NCBI GenBank assembly: GCA_032718475.1
Contig: JAUCBJ010006822.1
Span: 9,927 to 73,926, forward strand
Direction: 5' to 3'
From: Nemertoderma westbladi
Lineage: Eukaryota; Animalia; Xenacoelomorpha
DNA: 64,000 nucleotides
Each line of letters begins with the position of its first letter. Position 1 is the first letter of the stretch. Of this stretch, positions 39,871-52,500 are shown one piece after another. Under the pieces are notes generated by a model that did no database searches, was not told the origin of the DNA, and saw nothing but the letters and a program-made list of their open reading frames with translations. A program made the position numbers and the translations under genes.

Positions 39871-41668
39871 ATACAAGTCTTCTAATGAGTATATTATTCT
39901 TTTTTATTATTCGTCCGGCTTCATGCCCCGGCGGCTATATTCGGTAAAAGGTCGGGCTAAATTTCCAGACTTCTAGAGATACATACACCCATGATACATA
40001 ATTTACAATATTTACAAACACAAATTAATAAACGTTTCAAGAAGTTCCAATGTCAGTCATAATATGCACAATTAATATTATATGTTTTAAAACCAACCCA
40101 AAGTATACAGTTATAAGATTTAAGTTAGCCTAGTTCCTTAGTTTGTTAGTTAACGTTGAAGTATTCCAAGACTCGTGTGTGTTTCTGTTTAAAGCTCAAA
40201 TTCTGTATACCGTATGTAGATTTAATAAATGACACTGTTATTAACTCTTGTATTGTTAGACACCCAGTTTCAATCTCCAATTGGATACATTTTTTACTAT
40301 AAAGTCCATTCAGCAAGTTTATGAGAGATGGTATTGGATAGTTTATGGCGGCGGAGTTGAACGCACTTCCCAGCCCCTGATACTTCTGATTTTTGTTTTC
40401 CAATAATAGTATCAGTAGGAGTTTTTGGATACTTTTGTTTGGACATAATGAAATTCGAAATATCACGGATAAAATTTCACGTTATATCATCATTCTGAGC
40501 GGCAACTTATTTAAGAGTTCGTATATAACCTGGTTATTTGCATAACGTCCTAAATGGAGTAACTTTTGCAAAACCTTTCTATAGGTTACATCTATTCTTG
40601 CAATATCTTGTTTCGACAGTCCACCCAGATAGAATCGTATGCTATATAAAATCTTTGGGAGAGCGTATGAAGTCCATAGTTTTGCAATTGTGTTCAAGCT
40701 AAACCATTCAGGGGTCCAACTATTCCGTAGAAACTCGTTCGAGATACCATACAAAATACTATCTATTTCACCCTTTATTTTGTTTGGGTTTGGAATAACT
40801 TTACACCAAGGAATTTAATTCGGTCACTGGATTTTATATGTTTCCCATTAATTACAAGTTGATTTGATGACTCTTCTTGCTGTTTTGATATACATATCCA
40901 TTTGGTTTTTGAACTCTCAATATCTAGGTTAATTTTCGATGCACTTTTCATTAATACAGTGGCGAGTCGAGTTATGTCATGTCTATTTGTTGATATAAGC
41001 AGATAATCATCAGCGTAACAAACTGCTCCTATCCATTCAGAGGCTATATGGCATCCCAGCTGAGAGTTCTCAATATCATCCATTATCTCAGAAGTATAAA
41101 AATTAAAAAGCAATGGTGACTAAATTGATCCTTGTTTTACTCCGTTTGATACTCTGAACCCATTAATATCCACGAGATTATCAAATTTACAGAACATTTC
41201 TGTTACTTCATAATAGCTAATTAGCAGAAGAGTTATACATGGGTCTATGAACCTTGATAGGTTTCTAAATAGTTTCACATGATTGACGCTATCAAATGCC
41301 GAGGCTATGTCCATTTGGCATAAATATACTGGGACTTTACGTTTTCGATAATGTTCTAAACATTCAAAGGATTAACGATATTACTAGGTCTGCTCCATTT
41401 CTTTTCCTATAAGCCGTCTGTAACCTGTGAACCTTAAGTTTGGAGTAGGTGGTTATACTATATGCTAATACTCCTTCGAATATCTTTCCGAACACACTAA
41501 TGCTTGAAACAGGACGATAGGATTGGGATAATTGCGCCTCTCTGCCTCCACCCTTGAATATGCTACTAATTATTGTTTTTCCAAATAATGACGGTACTTA
41601 GCCTTGTCTCGTGGCTACCACAAACACTATTTCTAGGTGATTACTAAAATTATCTATATCTAAGCATT

Positions 41669-41988
41669 ATAATAATAATAATAATAATAGAATTTACAAG
41701 AGCTGTGTGCACTTGATGGGTGTGAACCCGTAAACAAAATACGTAGTCCTACAATAGAGTTTGTTAGTAGAGTTTAGTGGTAGAAACGTTGGAGATTGGG
41801 CTTTACAGGAAGGCAGTTGGAGCAAGAGCAGGCGAGTATCCAGGTGCAGGGTGAGTGTTCGTTGTATTTGGTCGTGAAAAAGTTCCAGAATAGTAGCGAC
41901 AGACGTTGTTTGATTCCGACAGGGTTGAGAAAGTTTATTGTTGCAGGCAGGTGGTTGGCTAGTCGTTGCGAGCGGTACCAGAAATTAC
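41669..41988 (-). mobile_element. 5'-truncated LINE 3' end nested in ORF2, with 6-bp TSD AGCATT
   Basis: AGCATT at 41663-41668 and 41989-41994; (TTA)n tail; C-terminal ..FWNFF..PCTWILACSCSNC; removal restores EYLQCLDID in the host. Confidence 0.82.
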
Positions 41989-42436
41989 AGCATTGTAAGT
42001 ATTCTGATGTTAGGGACGCAAAATCCAAAGCTTTTCCACGCGGTAACCTCTTTATTACCCTACTTATTTCGACTGGGCTGAAGGATGGCATTGTTCCTTT
42101 ATACTTTTCGTGTAATTCCCTACGTAATTCCTCCATATCATTATCTACACTATCCTTTGAACTTTTGTTGAATTTAGCTTGTAAATGTTCCCTATTGTTT
42201 GTCTGTAACATGCTCGACATGGTTCCAACGCCTTGACGTCTTTTCCTTTCTTTCTTTGTAAAATTATTCCAGAATTGTTTTGAAGTGGATATATGAGGGT
42301 CTATGCCCATAGTTACTTCCCTAACATTATTTTTCGAAATCATATTTCTTAGTCGGCGAATATTCGTCCTTGCTTCCTTGAAAGCCGTACCATATGGGTC
42401 ATTTATCTCCTTCCCTCTTCTCGCCCATATATTTAA

Positions 42437-44002
42437 CCCTATTAGTACCGGGCTATAAAATGTTGTACAAATACCGGGGGGGGGGTCATATTGACCCCCC
42501 CCCCCCCCTCTAAAATCTACAAATATTTACGAAAACGTCTGATTTTTTGTTTGTACGTAGGTATCACTTGTCTGGATCCGACCGAAAAAAAAAAATTTCG
42601 AAAAAATTTACTGGGGTGGTTATATTGCAGCACCAAAATTACAAGTAGTGCACAATTTTCACAAAATTTGAAAGTTAAATTTTCGGCTAATTATTTTTCA
42701 ATACAGGTTTTTTGGGGTGTAAAATACATTGGAAAATATTTAAAAATGATATGATTACTATAAATGGCTGTTTAGTCCTCTCTGCGTAGGAAAAAAATGA
42801 AAAAAACAAGTAACCAGCACTTTTCAGTTAGAACACAAAATTTTTAATTCACTTATACGATGCTATAAATTCACATTTTCAGGTTTTCGAGGGCTCTGAT
42901 TCTAATGGAATACATTTCTAATATGCCAGATCATTGCTACTTGTATTTTTCGGCGTAATTTGGCAAATTTTGGTGCTAGCACCAAATTTCGTACCCATCA
43001 CCAAAAAGTACAAGTTTGCGATGTCCAGTGCTGTTGTTATTGATTCCATCGGATTCAGGACCCTCATAAACCCGTATAACGCAAGAAACAAGGTGATGAT
43101 ACTATCTACTTATCAATTTGCATATTTTCCAAAATTTGGTGCTGGCACAACAATTTTCACCCAACGGCGAAAAATACAAGTTTGAGAACTCTTATGAAAT
43201 TTTTACTGATTCCATTGAATTCAGAACCATCACAAACCCGTATAACGCAAGAAACAAGGTGACACAATCAATTGATATATTTGATGGTTTTTAAAATTTG
43301 GTGCTAGCACCACATTTTGCACCCACATCCGAAAAATACAAGTTTGAGATGTCTAGTTCGATAATTATATTTTCCATTGAATTCAGAACAGCCATAAACC
43401 TCTAAAACGCAAGAAATAAATTGTCACAAGCAATTTTATATATTGAATGGATTTTCAAAATTTCGTGCTAGCACCAAAATTTGCATACAGCACCGAAAAA
43501 TACAAGTTTGATACGCTTGGTGCAACTCGTATATATTTCATCGAATCCAGAACCCCACAAAACCCCAATTGCGAAAAAAACAAGTTTCAAACAATCAATT
43601 TACAAAATTGACTTATTTCAAAATTTGGTGCTGGCACCAAAATTTGGCACCCATCGAAAAAAACAAGTTTGAAATTTCTAAATCAATTTATATGAATTCC
43701 ATCCAATTTCTAACTCCAAAAAACCGGTGTAAATCAAAAATAGAGATGTTACAATTCATATTTAATGAAATGTAATTTTCAAAAAACGTCTCAAAAAAAG
43801 TGCCAAAAGTAGGGTTAAAAAATGGTGCTATAACTCGAGAAGTACCCAATATTTTTGAAAACGGTTTTCACTACCATGAAGACAATAGATTTTTAGGAAA
43901 AGTCATAAAATTTCAGATTCCCAACTTCGTTTGTTTCAGAATTATAATAAAAAAACCACGGGGGGGGGGGTCATATTGACCCCCCCCCCGGGTTTAATAG
44001 GG
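42437..44002. mobile_element. Non-autonomous TIR element (piggyBac-like MITE) with TTAA TSD
   Basis: TTAA|CCCTATTAGTACCGGG ... CCCGGGTTTAATAGGG|TTAA; removal restores KKLLNIWARRG in host ORF2; subterminal G(n)TCATATTGAC(n) quasi-palindromes. Confidence 0.85.
42900..43760. repeat. About five diverged ~163-bp tandem repeats inside the MITE
   Basis: Palindrome TTTGGTGCTAGCACCAAA variants at ~42968, 43135, 43296, 43460, 43624. Confidence 0.8.
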
Positions 44003-45299
44003 TTAACAGCTTCTTAGTGACCTTTGATCGCTCGGCTAATATGATATTATGAATTCTAACATTCTTAGTATGTTTTCTATGGTTCACCTGTGGTAAATAC
44101 TTCAAAGCTGCAGACGTAATGGCAATTTTGATTCCTTCCATGTAACTATTCATATCCATTTCTGACCATGAGCTAACGGGGCCGTGTCTAAGTTTTAGTT
44201 GCTCCAACTCACTACTGACTTGCTCCCTATACATTTTAGCCTGAGCCGCATTCACTCGTCGCCATGCGGTGGCTTTCTGTTTCCGTACAGAGCAGTTCTG
44301 GTTATTTTGGTTATTAGATTTTGGCATATGTATTATGGCTGCGATAGGAGCGTGATCCGATAAGTTTGATTCTTCATTCTGTATGTGAACCTTACCCCGA
44401 GTAATACATTTTTCTCCCATCTTCGTTGATATTATATGGTCTATGTATGTCTTCCCACGTCCGTAAAAAGTTGCCACTGGCCCTGTAAATTTAGGTGTTG
44501 TATCCACTGTGATCATACCCATGTCATTAAGAAGATTAAGAAGAAGATATCCTTGAGAAGACGGTTTACTCCTCTGAAAACGTGGTCCTTGGGTGGCCCC
44601 AACGTCGGCGTTCATGTCTCCTAGGATAAATGGTATTGAAGTTCCATTTTCTTGTATTACGTTCTTGAGCCTTGACAAAAAATTTATGTATTCACTGGGG
44701 TGCTTGCTAGAGTCCGGAGCATAACATGAGATAAACAATAATTCCTGTATACAATTATGTAGCTTCGCATTTATTCCCACAATATCATCTCTGGACTTTA
44801 TTGCATTGATGCTTCCAAGAATACCATTCCTGAAAATCAACGATGTCCCACCCATTCCCCTCCATCTGTTTATATTTGTCATCTTCTCACTAACCGTATA
44901 GACACTATCAAAATTATCATCAATATCCTTTGATATGCTCTGATGGTATTCTTGCTCATCCAACCAATGTTCCTGTATTGCTAATACATCCAACTCTGAT
45001 AGAAGTTCTTTAAAGTATCCTATATTTCCTATTATCCCATGACAGTTCAAGGTTCCAATACGTATTGTATTATTAGATTTTTTGATTCCAATAATGCTAC
45101 CGCCCATTTCAGTTTTATTGTCATCTTTGGGCTCCATGATTTGTGTTTTACTATTGTTAGGAGCATTGATATACACCCCTACTCGTTTTGATGTCATCGA
45201 TTTGGTAGTCTGAGGTACGGATGGTTCTTGTACTTCCATTCACTTGTCTCCACTGGGTTGTATATACTGGGGAGCTGTAATATCCCCAATGTTCTAGTT

Positions 45300-46655
45300 T
45301 TATACCGTTCCCAAAGTGTTTACTGGTCATTAGTTTCTCAACGTAGTGATTTCATACTATGACTTTCATATTTTTTGCATCTCTGTATAGCCGAGTGGTT
45401 ATTATATACACCGGTATTCCATTTTCTTCTAGATGATTGACAATGTCCCCCTCGTTGTGCTTCCTATGGATCCCCTTGATAAGTATTGCCCCGTATTTTT
45501 GAGAATCTGCACATATTATTTGGCTGCTACTGTTACTCCGTTTCCTCGTAGTCCTCGAGTGAGTAACTGCCAATGAAACCTGGTCAGTTCTATATGTTTT
45601 CTTGGATTCGTAATGGTCCACCTGTGCGCTTGCTTATTGTTCTGCGTAATGGCGTTTCTTTAACCGTATTAACTTCATCTATATGTTTGCTAATTAGTAT
45701 TGATTTCTGTCTGTCGGCTTCTAGTGGAGGCTTTGAAGGTGAACATATGGCTTCATCTACAGTTAATATACTTTCATCATCTGTCGAGTGTCCACCATTA
45801 AATGTGTGTTCTACCTGCAGCTGTTTGTAGCTCTCCACAAATGTTGGTGTGCTATTTATTACTCCTGAAGCATTCGTCACCGGTACTGGCTTATTAATTG
45901 CGTGATTGGAAGTTTCATTTTTAGCTGCAGTTCCCAATACTTCATATCTAGTACTTATACCGTTTGGTTGGTGATTTCTTTGGCCATTAGGATAGAGTGT
46001 TGTAGCTGATCGTTTATGTTTCACTTTTCTACGGTTCTTTTTCGGGTTAACCTGTTGATACCCACTTGATTCCAATGATTCAGAGCCCGCTATTTCGTCC
46101 ACTGTTATGAACTCATCGTCATTTGCGGATCTTTCAGCTCCTTTAGTTGATTTCATAGCCATTCCTCGACGTTCAACATTTACTTTGTTATTATCATTTT
46201 CTAATAGCTCTGTATTGGTCAATAAATTGTTGATCTGTTCCTGAAGAATCATTCTAATATGCCGCTCATGTGTGAGCTCGCTATGAAGTATGTCATTAGC
46301 CTGTTGTATATGGTTGTAATCAGTTTCAAGTTTGCAAATTCTTGTTTGAAGACAGCTGATTGATGTCAGAAATTCTGATCGCAGCTGTGACACCGCATCG
46401 CCATTAATAGCTGGTTGTTCATATTTGAGCCTCTTTCTGCATTGCTCTGTGAAGCAATTCTCCATTAGTGCTCGCATGATTTCATATAAGTCAATAGCCA
46501 TCTCATTCATAGAACCTCTCTGCCTCATCTTGAGAGTCATTGCTTGTGTTGGCGACATCATCGGTTTAATTCTTTCATATAGCACCGTTCGTGTCAAATC
46601 TCTATCTTCATCAGACAGTGATAGGATGACCGATATTACCTCCTTCCTGTTAGCT
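45300..46655 (-). pseudogene. LINE ORF1 (coiled coil plus RRM-like C-terminal part), frameshifted
   Basis: ORFs 45590-46597 (heptad-like LQTRICKLETDYNHIQ) and 45352-45621 (AILIKGIH..DIVNHLEENGI) lie directly upstream of ORF2. Confidence 0.65.
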
Positions 46656-47305
46656 TATTCAATCCCGCCAACACCCCATAAAGTTATTAGCCGATAAGCA
46701 ATATTGGGAGCCACGAGATTGGGCAATTAACCAACTCGTGCCTTCCCAATAAGAGTGGGAAGGAAGCACACAATAGAGGGTCAGGGGCCAAACCCCTAAC
46801 CCAAGGAGAACAGGTGGAGTGAACGGGAATACTCCACGGGGCGCCAACAAGGGTATTAACCAATCAGAGGGGGGAATGGCATCGATTGAGTAGCAGTAAG
46901 GCCACCGTGCAATATAACCAATAACCTACTAATCAGTGATTCAGTTATCTCAGTGCAGCAGTGCTAGCGTAGGGTACAGCCAATTAGTTTAGTTAGGGGA
47001 TCACGGGACTTTAGTTACCGTATCCCGCCTTGTACACATTCACAACATATCTATATCTTATAACCTCCTATTATACACCGAACTTCAGAACTCAATTATC
47101 TTTACTTTACCCTTACACACGGCGGGGACGCGTGGACTAAATACCACACCGGATAAATCGGGATCCCTCCTGGATTCCGTCACAGTAACTAAATCGGTGT
47201 TGCTTCCCCAGCTAAACTCAGTAACTAAAACCGAGCTGCCGCCCTAGTTAAACTCTAAGAACTACCGGTACAACCTAGCTAGCCGAATCATCAGCCACAG
47301 ACGAG

Positions 47306-49543
47306 ATGAGTGAATCGGGCGAGACACCGACGCGGACCCCGGACGAAGATCAAACGATCCGCGAGTCCGCGACTAAGCGATACAGGCCCACGACGCCGGA
47401 GCCATCGATAACGGGCGAACCGGAAGTCCAGGACGAGGAGGGCCTGGAACCCGAAGTCGAGCCAAGAGAGAGAGAGAGCGAGACGGAGGGAGAAGGAGAC
47501 GAGTCGACACGAGAGGGAGAACGGCGCGCCGATGTCGCCAGCCAGCTACCGGCCGAGGGCGACGGGCGGCCCACCGAAACGGCGACGGTAGGGCCGACGG
47601 TGCGACGCCGGACACGGAGGGACGGAGGAGAGGTCGGCGACGAGGACGTCGGGGTTTCTGAGCGACTTCGACGGGCCTACAACGCGACCCGGAAGCTGAT
47701 AAACGACGCCAAGAAGGAAGGGGCGAAGGTAGACGAGGTGAGACTGAGAAAGCGACTAGGTGAGTCGGATAAACACTTAAATTACCTAATACGTTTTGGG
47801 CAGAGAGAACTGGCCGGGGAGAGAGCAGAAAGGATAGCCGGCGAACTGTTTGAACTATGGGAGTGTGGGAGTATGGGACCTAGCGTAGCGCCAGTGTACA
47901 TAGGGCCATACTTGGTCGATGCCCGGGGAGTGAAACCAGTGGGTTGGAAGGGACCTGAAGAGGGCGAATCCGAGGTTAACACCGAGGATTCGGCCTCGTC
48001 GGTCGGAGAAAGCTCCGAAAAGGGGGAGAAAGCTAGTAGGTCGGGAAGGCGGGGGAAGTCCGTCGTAACCGATAAGTCTGCTACATCCTCCGCGAAAGAA
48101 AGAGCGGTGAGAAAAATAGGAGCCACATACCGTCTCAGCATGGCAGAGCAAGGTCAGAGAGAAATGAAGGAACGGCTAGAGGAGGGAAGAGTGCGGTTAG
48201 AGAGGGAAACGGTATTGCTTAGAGAAACCGGAGAAAGGGCCGAAAGGGCTTTGAAAAGCCTAAGGGAGTATGATGAGATAGAGGAAAGGGAATGTAGGGA
48301 GCGTGAAGCGAGAGAGGAAAAGGAACGCGAGGAGCGTGAGGCGAGAATGGAAAAGGAACGCAAGGAGCGTGAGGCGGAACGCGAGGAGCGTGAGGTGAGA
48401 ATGGAAAAGGAACGCAAGGAGCGTGAGGCGAGAATGGAAAAGGAACGCAAGGAGCGTGAGGCGGAACGCAAGGAACGTGAGGCGGGATTGGAAAAGGAAC
48501 GCAAGGAGCGTGAGGCGAGAAAGGAAAAGGAACGCAAAGAGCGTGGGGCGAGACGAAGGGAGAGCATTAAGAGTGCCGCAGACTCGGCCATCAAGGACAC
48601 CCAGGAGCGTGAGGGGATAGTGGCAGAGGGTGAAAAGGAGCGCAAGGAATTAAAGGAACGGCGGAGTGAGTATGCGAAAAATATAATTAGAGGGACGCAT
48701 GAGTTGGAATACGTGCGAGTGGGACCGCCGTCTGAAACTGGGGCCGGCTCGAGTATTTTTGAGGAGCCGAGGGCCGTAGATGTAATTGTTAATACTCCAC
48801 TGACAGGGGCCGCACGACAGACTCAAGACTGGTGCGACCGTACGAGCGGGGGGGGTAATAATAATAATAATGGTACAGTAGACGTTGTTGATATTAATAG
48901 TACCGTATGGGATAACGCTAATCAAACCTTTATTACAGGAAATACTTTGCCTGGTGGTAGTAATTTAAATTTAAATCAGAACAATCCCAGTGTTAATGTA
49001 GAAAATAATCCTAATATTGATGTAGTTACGCAAAATAATTCAAATAATCAAAATAATAACTCGAATTCGGACCTACAAAATAACTTAAATAACGCAATTA
49101 CACAGAATAATTCGAATAATTCAAATAATGATCTTAGCCCGAATTTACAAAATAATTCAGATAACGTAGTCGCGCAGAATAATACAAATGATTTTGTTTC
49201 AAATGAGCAAATTAATTCCGTTTCCAATATGGGTGCTATTAATGTAAACACGTCGGGCCACGTAGTTAGTAGACAGGGAGCAGAGGGCCTGGTAGGCCAC
49301 GTAGTTAGTAGACAGGCAGCAGAGGGCCTGGTAGGCCACGTAGTTAGTAGACAGGGAGCAGAGGGCCTGGTAGGCCACGTAGTTGGTAGGCAGGGAGTAG
49401 AGGGTCCAGTAGGCCGCGCAATAGCAGAGGGAGAGGCGGGGGTGAATAGACCCGACTGTGGTAGGGTTGATGTGTCGACTAGAGAGATATATAGTAGCAG
49501 GGCGAGAGGTAGCGAAGTTAGATGTAGCGAGCGGGGGGGGGGG
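47306..49543 (+). CDS. gag: BEL/Pao Gag N-terminal region (coiled coil, Asn-rich); continues after a frameshift in the G11 run
   Basis: ATG 47306; the downstream pol frame is open from 49528, overlapping the G run at 49533-49543. Confidence 0.7.
48295..48560 (+). repeat. Coding 33/21-bp tandem repeats (EARMEKERKER)
   Basis: GAGGCGAGAATGGAAAAGGAACGCAAGGAGCGT variants. Confidence 0.85.
49256..49415 (+). repeat. Four 39-bp coding repeats (GHVVSRQGAEGLV)
   Basis: Directly visible. Confidence 0.9.
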
Positions 49544-52500
49544 CTACGAGCACCCCACAACGGAAAGTTAGCGGCGAGAGGGGGGGGGGGGGGGCAGAGA
49601 GTGTCCCACAGCCGTCAGCGGACAATGCGAGGGCCGAACAAGGTAAACCGCAACAACCGGCGACGGAAAGTAATAGGGGGATTGCGAGTATCCCCAGCGA
49701 CGTGCGATCGAGCAGAGAAAGACAGGTTGACGTCGCGGGAGGGCAGACGGAGCGTCGAGCCCGATCAGAGGAGGAAAGAAGAACAGTGGGGTTTAACCGG
49801 GAGGTCGACGAGAGATCTCGTGAGCGGGAATATTCCACTGATAGGAGAAGAGAGGAAGAGAATAGTAGAAGTATCGCCGCAAAAGATAGAAGAGCGAGGA
49901 CGGACAGCGAGCCGTCGGTAGTCGAGATGAGAACGGAGAGTCAGTGGGGTCGGACTCCGGGAGATTGCCGTCGCCCCGGAGGGATGCGATCCGGTGAGAC
50001 GCATTACACACCGAGGGAGGGGTACGCGATGTACCGGTACGAAGATGAAAACAGTGGTGAGGGGGGTCGAAGAGAAACTTTCCGACGGAATATACCTACC
50101 GATCGAGAATACGGTAGCCGCGGGGAGGATTATTCGAGAAGAATAAACTTCGATCCCGAGCAACACATGCAGACTGTAGGGCATACTGTAGGTCTTACTG
50201 CACATACCGTAGGCCATACTGAGAGAGGCAATGTAGGCGATAGGATAGCGCGGACAACGGGATTAAACCCGGAAGTCGCGGAATACATACCGGCGGGTAG
50301 GCCAGAAGCTGATAGGCCTATACCGGTACCAGCACAGCAGTATGACTACAGCATGCAGGGACATAACATATACCCAGGGGAGGGGGGAATTATTGTGGAT
50401 AGGTGCATGGGCCCCAACATACTAACATCAACCCCAGTACCAGACATACCGGTGGGGGGGGGACAGGGTGACATTCCCCCATCACAATATCAACAATATA
50501 CCCCGACAGGAACAAGAACGACGAGACCCCTAGATGAAAACAGGTCGTGTGATACAGACATATGGAGGGGGCCGCTACCCCCGATGACATATCCGAGTCA
50601 GAGAAGATCAAGAAATAGGACGGACGAACCGCACCAGACAAGGGAAACTATACAGCACCCGTCGAATCCATTAGAAGCGCAGGCAATGGGGATGGCCACG
50701 TTGATCGATGCGTTGAAAACGAGGATCGAATTACCACCCGTGGAACCGTTCAAATTCGATGGGAGCAGGCCGGAAGAATACTTACAGTTTCGGCGAATGT
50801 ATAGTAACGAAATACTAACAAAAAACTTGACGCAGGCGGAGTGCCTAAAGTATCTACAAGTGTACACGGGAGGCCCAGCATACGATATCGTGAGGCAATA
50901 CCAGGGAATAGAGGGCGGCTTCACGACAGCATGGCGGGCACTGGATAGGGAATACGGGCACCCGGCCAAGATCATCAGGCAGACGCTGAGAGGCATAACA
51001 TCGGGTGGCCTACAGGATAATCCCGTTAGCATTAAGACGTTTGCTAACAAAGTCGAGAAGGCGCTGATCGTGCTGAAGACGCTAGACGCGCCATATGAAC
51101 TCAACGCGTCCAATAACATCACCACGATAGCGCAGGCACTACCGAGCTGGCTGCGCAACAAATGGAGGAAGATCGCTTTCTCCACCCGAGACAAAAAGGG
51201 TGCGGAACCAGGTTTAGAAGAAATGTCAAACTTCTTAAATTACGAGGCTGAACTAATAACGGACCCAGTTTATAGTGAAGATAGCCTGGGAAAGGGACCA
51301 AAGACGGATCATTACAGGCCCAAAACAGAGCACAATACATCGAACGCGTTACCGAGACTCAGGCAATCATTGCCATATGCAGCGACGCAGGGGACTGCAA
51401 GTCCACAGACAAGCGAAGATAAGACAACATCAAGGGACGGACAGGGGAACAATAACAACATGAATAAACATAACCCCAGTACGTCCAGTAGGTCAAACCC
51501 AGTCAATAAGAATAGTAGGGACTTTGGCACGAATATAACTGCGATACGCAATGCATTATATAAAGAGGGCTACGACCCAAAGAGCAAATGCCAGTTACAC
51601 GCAAATGCGCTTCATAAGACCATGAACTGCAGGTACTGGCAGGCGCTACCGAGGCAAGACCAGATAGATTACGCGTCGAGCAATAAAATCTGCTCGCGAT
51701 GTGTGAAGAGTGGACACAAAGCCAGGGAATGCCAAGAGAAACCGGTCAAGTTTGGCCAAAGGAGAGGCCAGACGATGGCAACGAGCACAGTAGGGGCGAA
51801 GAAGAGAGGAACAGTGCTACTTGGAGTAGTACCAGTACGAGTGATCGGGGAAGGCAATCGATCAGTAACAACACTAATGCTGGTTGATAGCGGAGCTGCC
51901 TTCACATTAGTTGAGGAATGGGTAGCCGAAGAAATAGGGTTGAGAACGAGGCCAAGCAGGATGGCGGTGACAACCATCTCTAGTAAAGACGAGATCCTAG
52001 AGATGAGGACAGGACGGTGCGCAATTGCAGCAGTGGCACCAGGATGCGATTATGGGGCAACCATCGACCCCATCCAAGTAATAGAGTCAATTAACATCAA
52101 TGCCAGGCGGCCAACCAACATCGAGGTCGAGCAATACAAATTCCTGGATAACATTGACTTCTCAATCCCAAACGTGGACGTTAGGAAGGTATCCATCATA
52201 GTAGGCATGGACTGCCCAACGGCCCACGAGAGAATGCAGACGGTCTTCGGCGAAGACAAGCAGAGCGACCCGGTGGCCATATTAACGCCATTCGGGTGGA
52301 CGCTGAGTGGCCCAATTAAGAGCAAGATACCATTCAGGATGTCGGAGACATCAGGATGCATGTTCGCGGGAACAATGCAGGAAATGGGTGACGAGGGAGC
52401 AGAGGAGCAGCTTAAAAGACTGCTCAGACAGGACTTCGAGGGACTGAAAGAGACCGGGGTCGGGACCTCGGTAGAAGACAAGCAGGCTCTACAAAGTGTG

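Larger units (their letters stand above)
40146..45239 (-). pseudogene. LINE ORF2: APE endonuclease + reverse transcriptase, fragmented
   Basis: APE motifs TLNCHG, IQEHWL, SCYAP, GDMNAD, YIDHI, SDHAPI; RT motifs SYRPVS, DIASAFDSVNH, NGVKQGS, YADD, IKFLGV; stops and frameshifts; local frame restored when either insertion is removed. Confidence 0.9.
39893..46655 (-). mobile_element. APE-RT LINE (RTEX/CR1-group-like) with ORF1 and ORF2, disrupted, 5' end missing or interrupted
   Basis: ORF1, endonuclease and RT motifs collinear on the minus strand; A-rich tail near 39893-39912; two nested insertions. Confidence 0.88.

Noticed and set aside
46660-47305. Defined 5' LTR and PBS for BEL element 1
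   Set aside because: No clear TG start, no second copy in the window and no convincing TGG-initiated PBS; left uncalled
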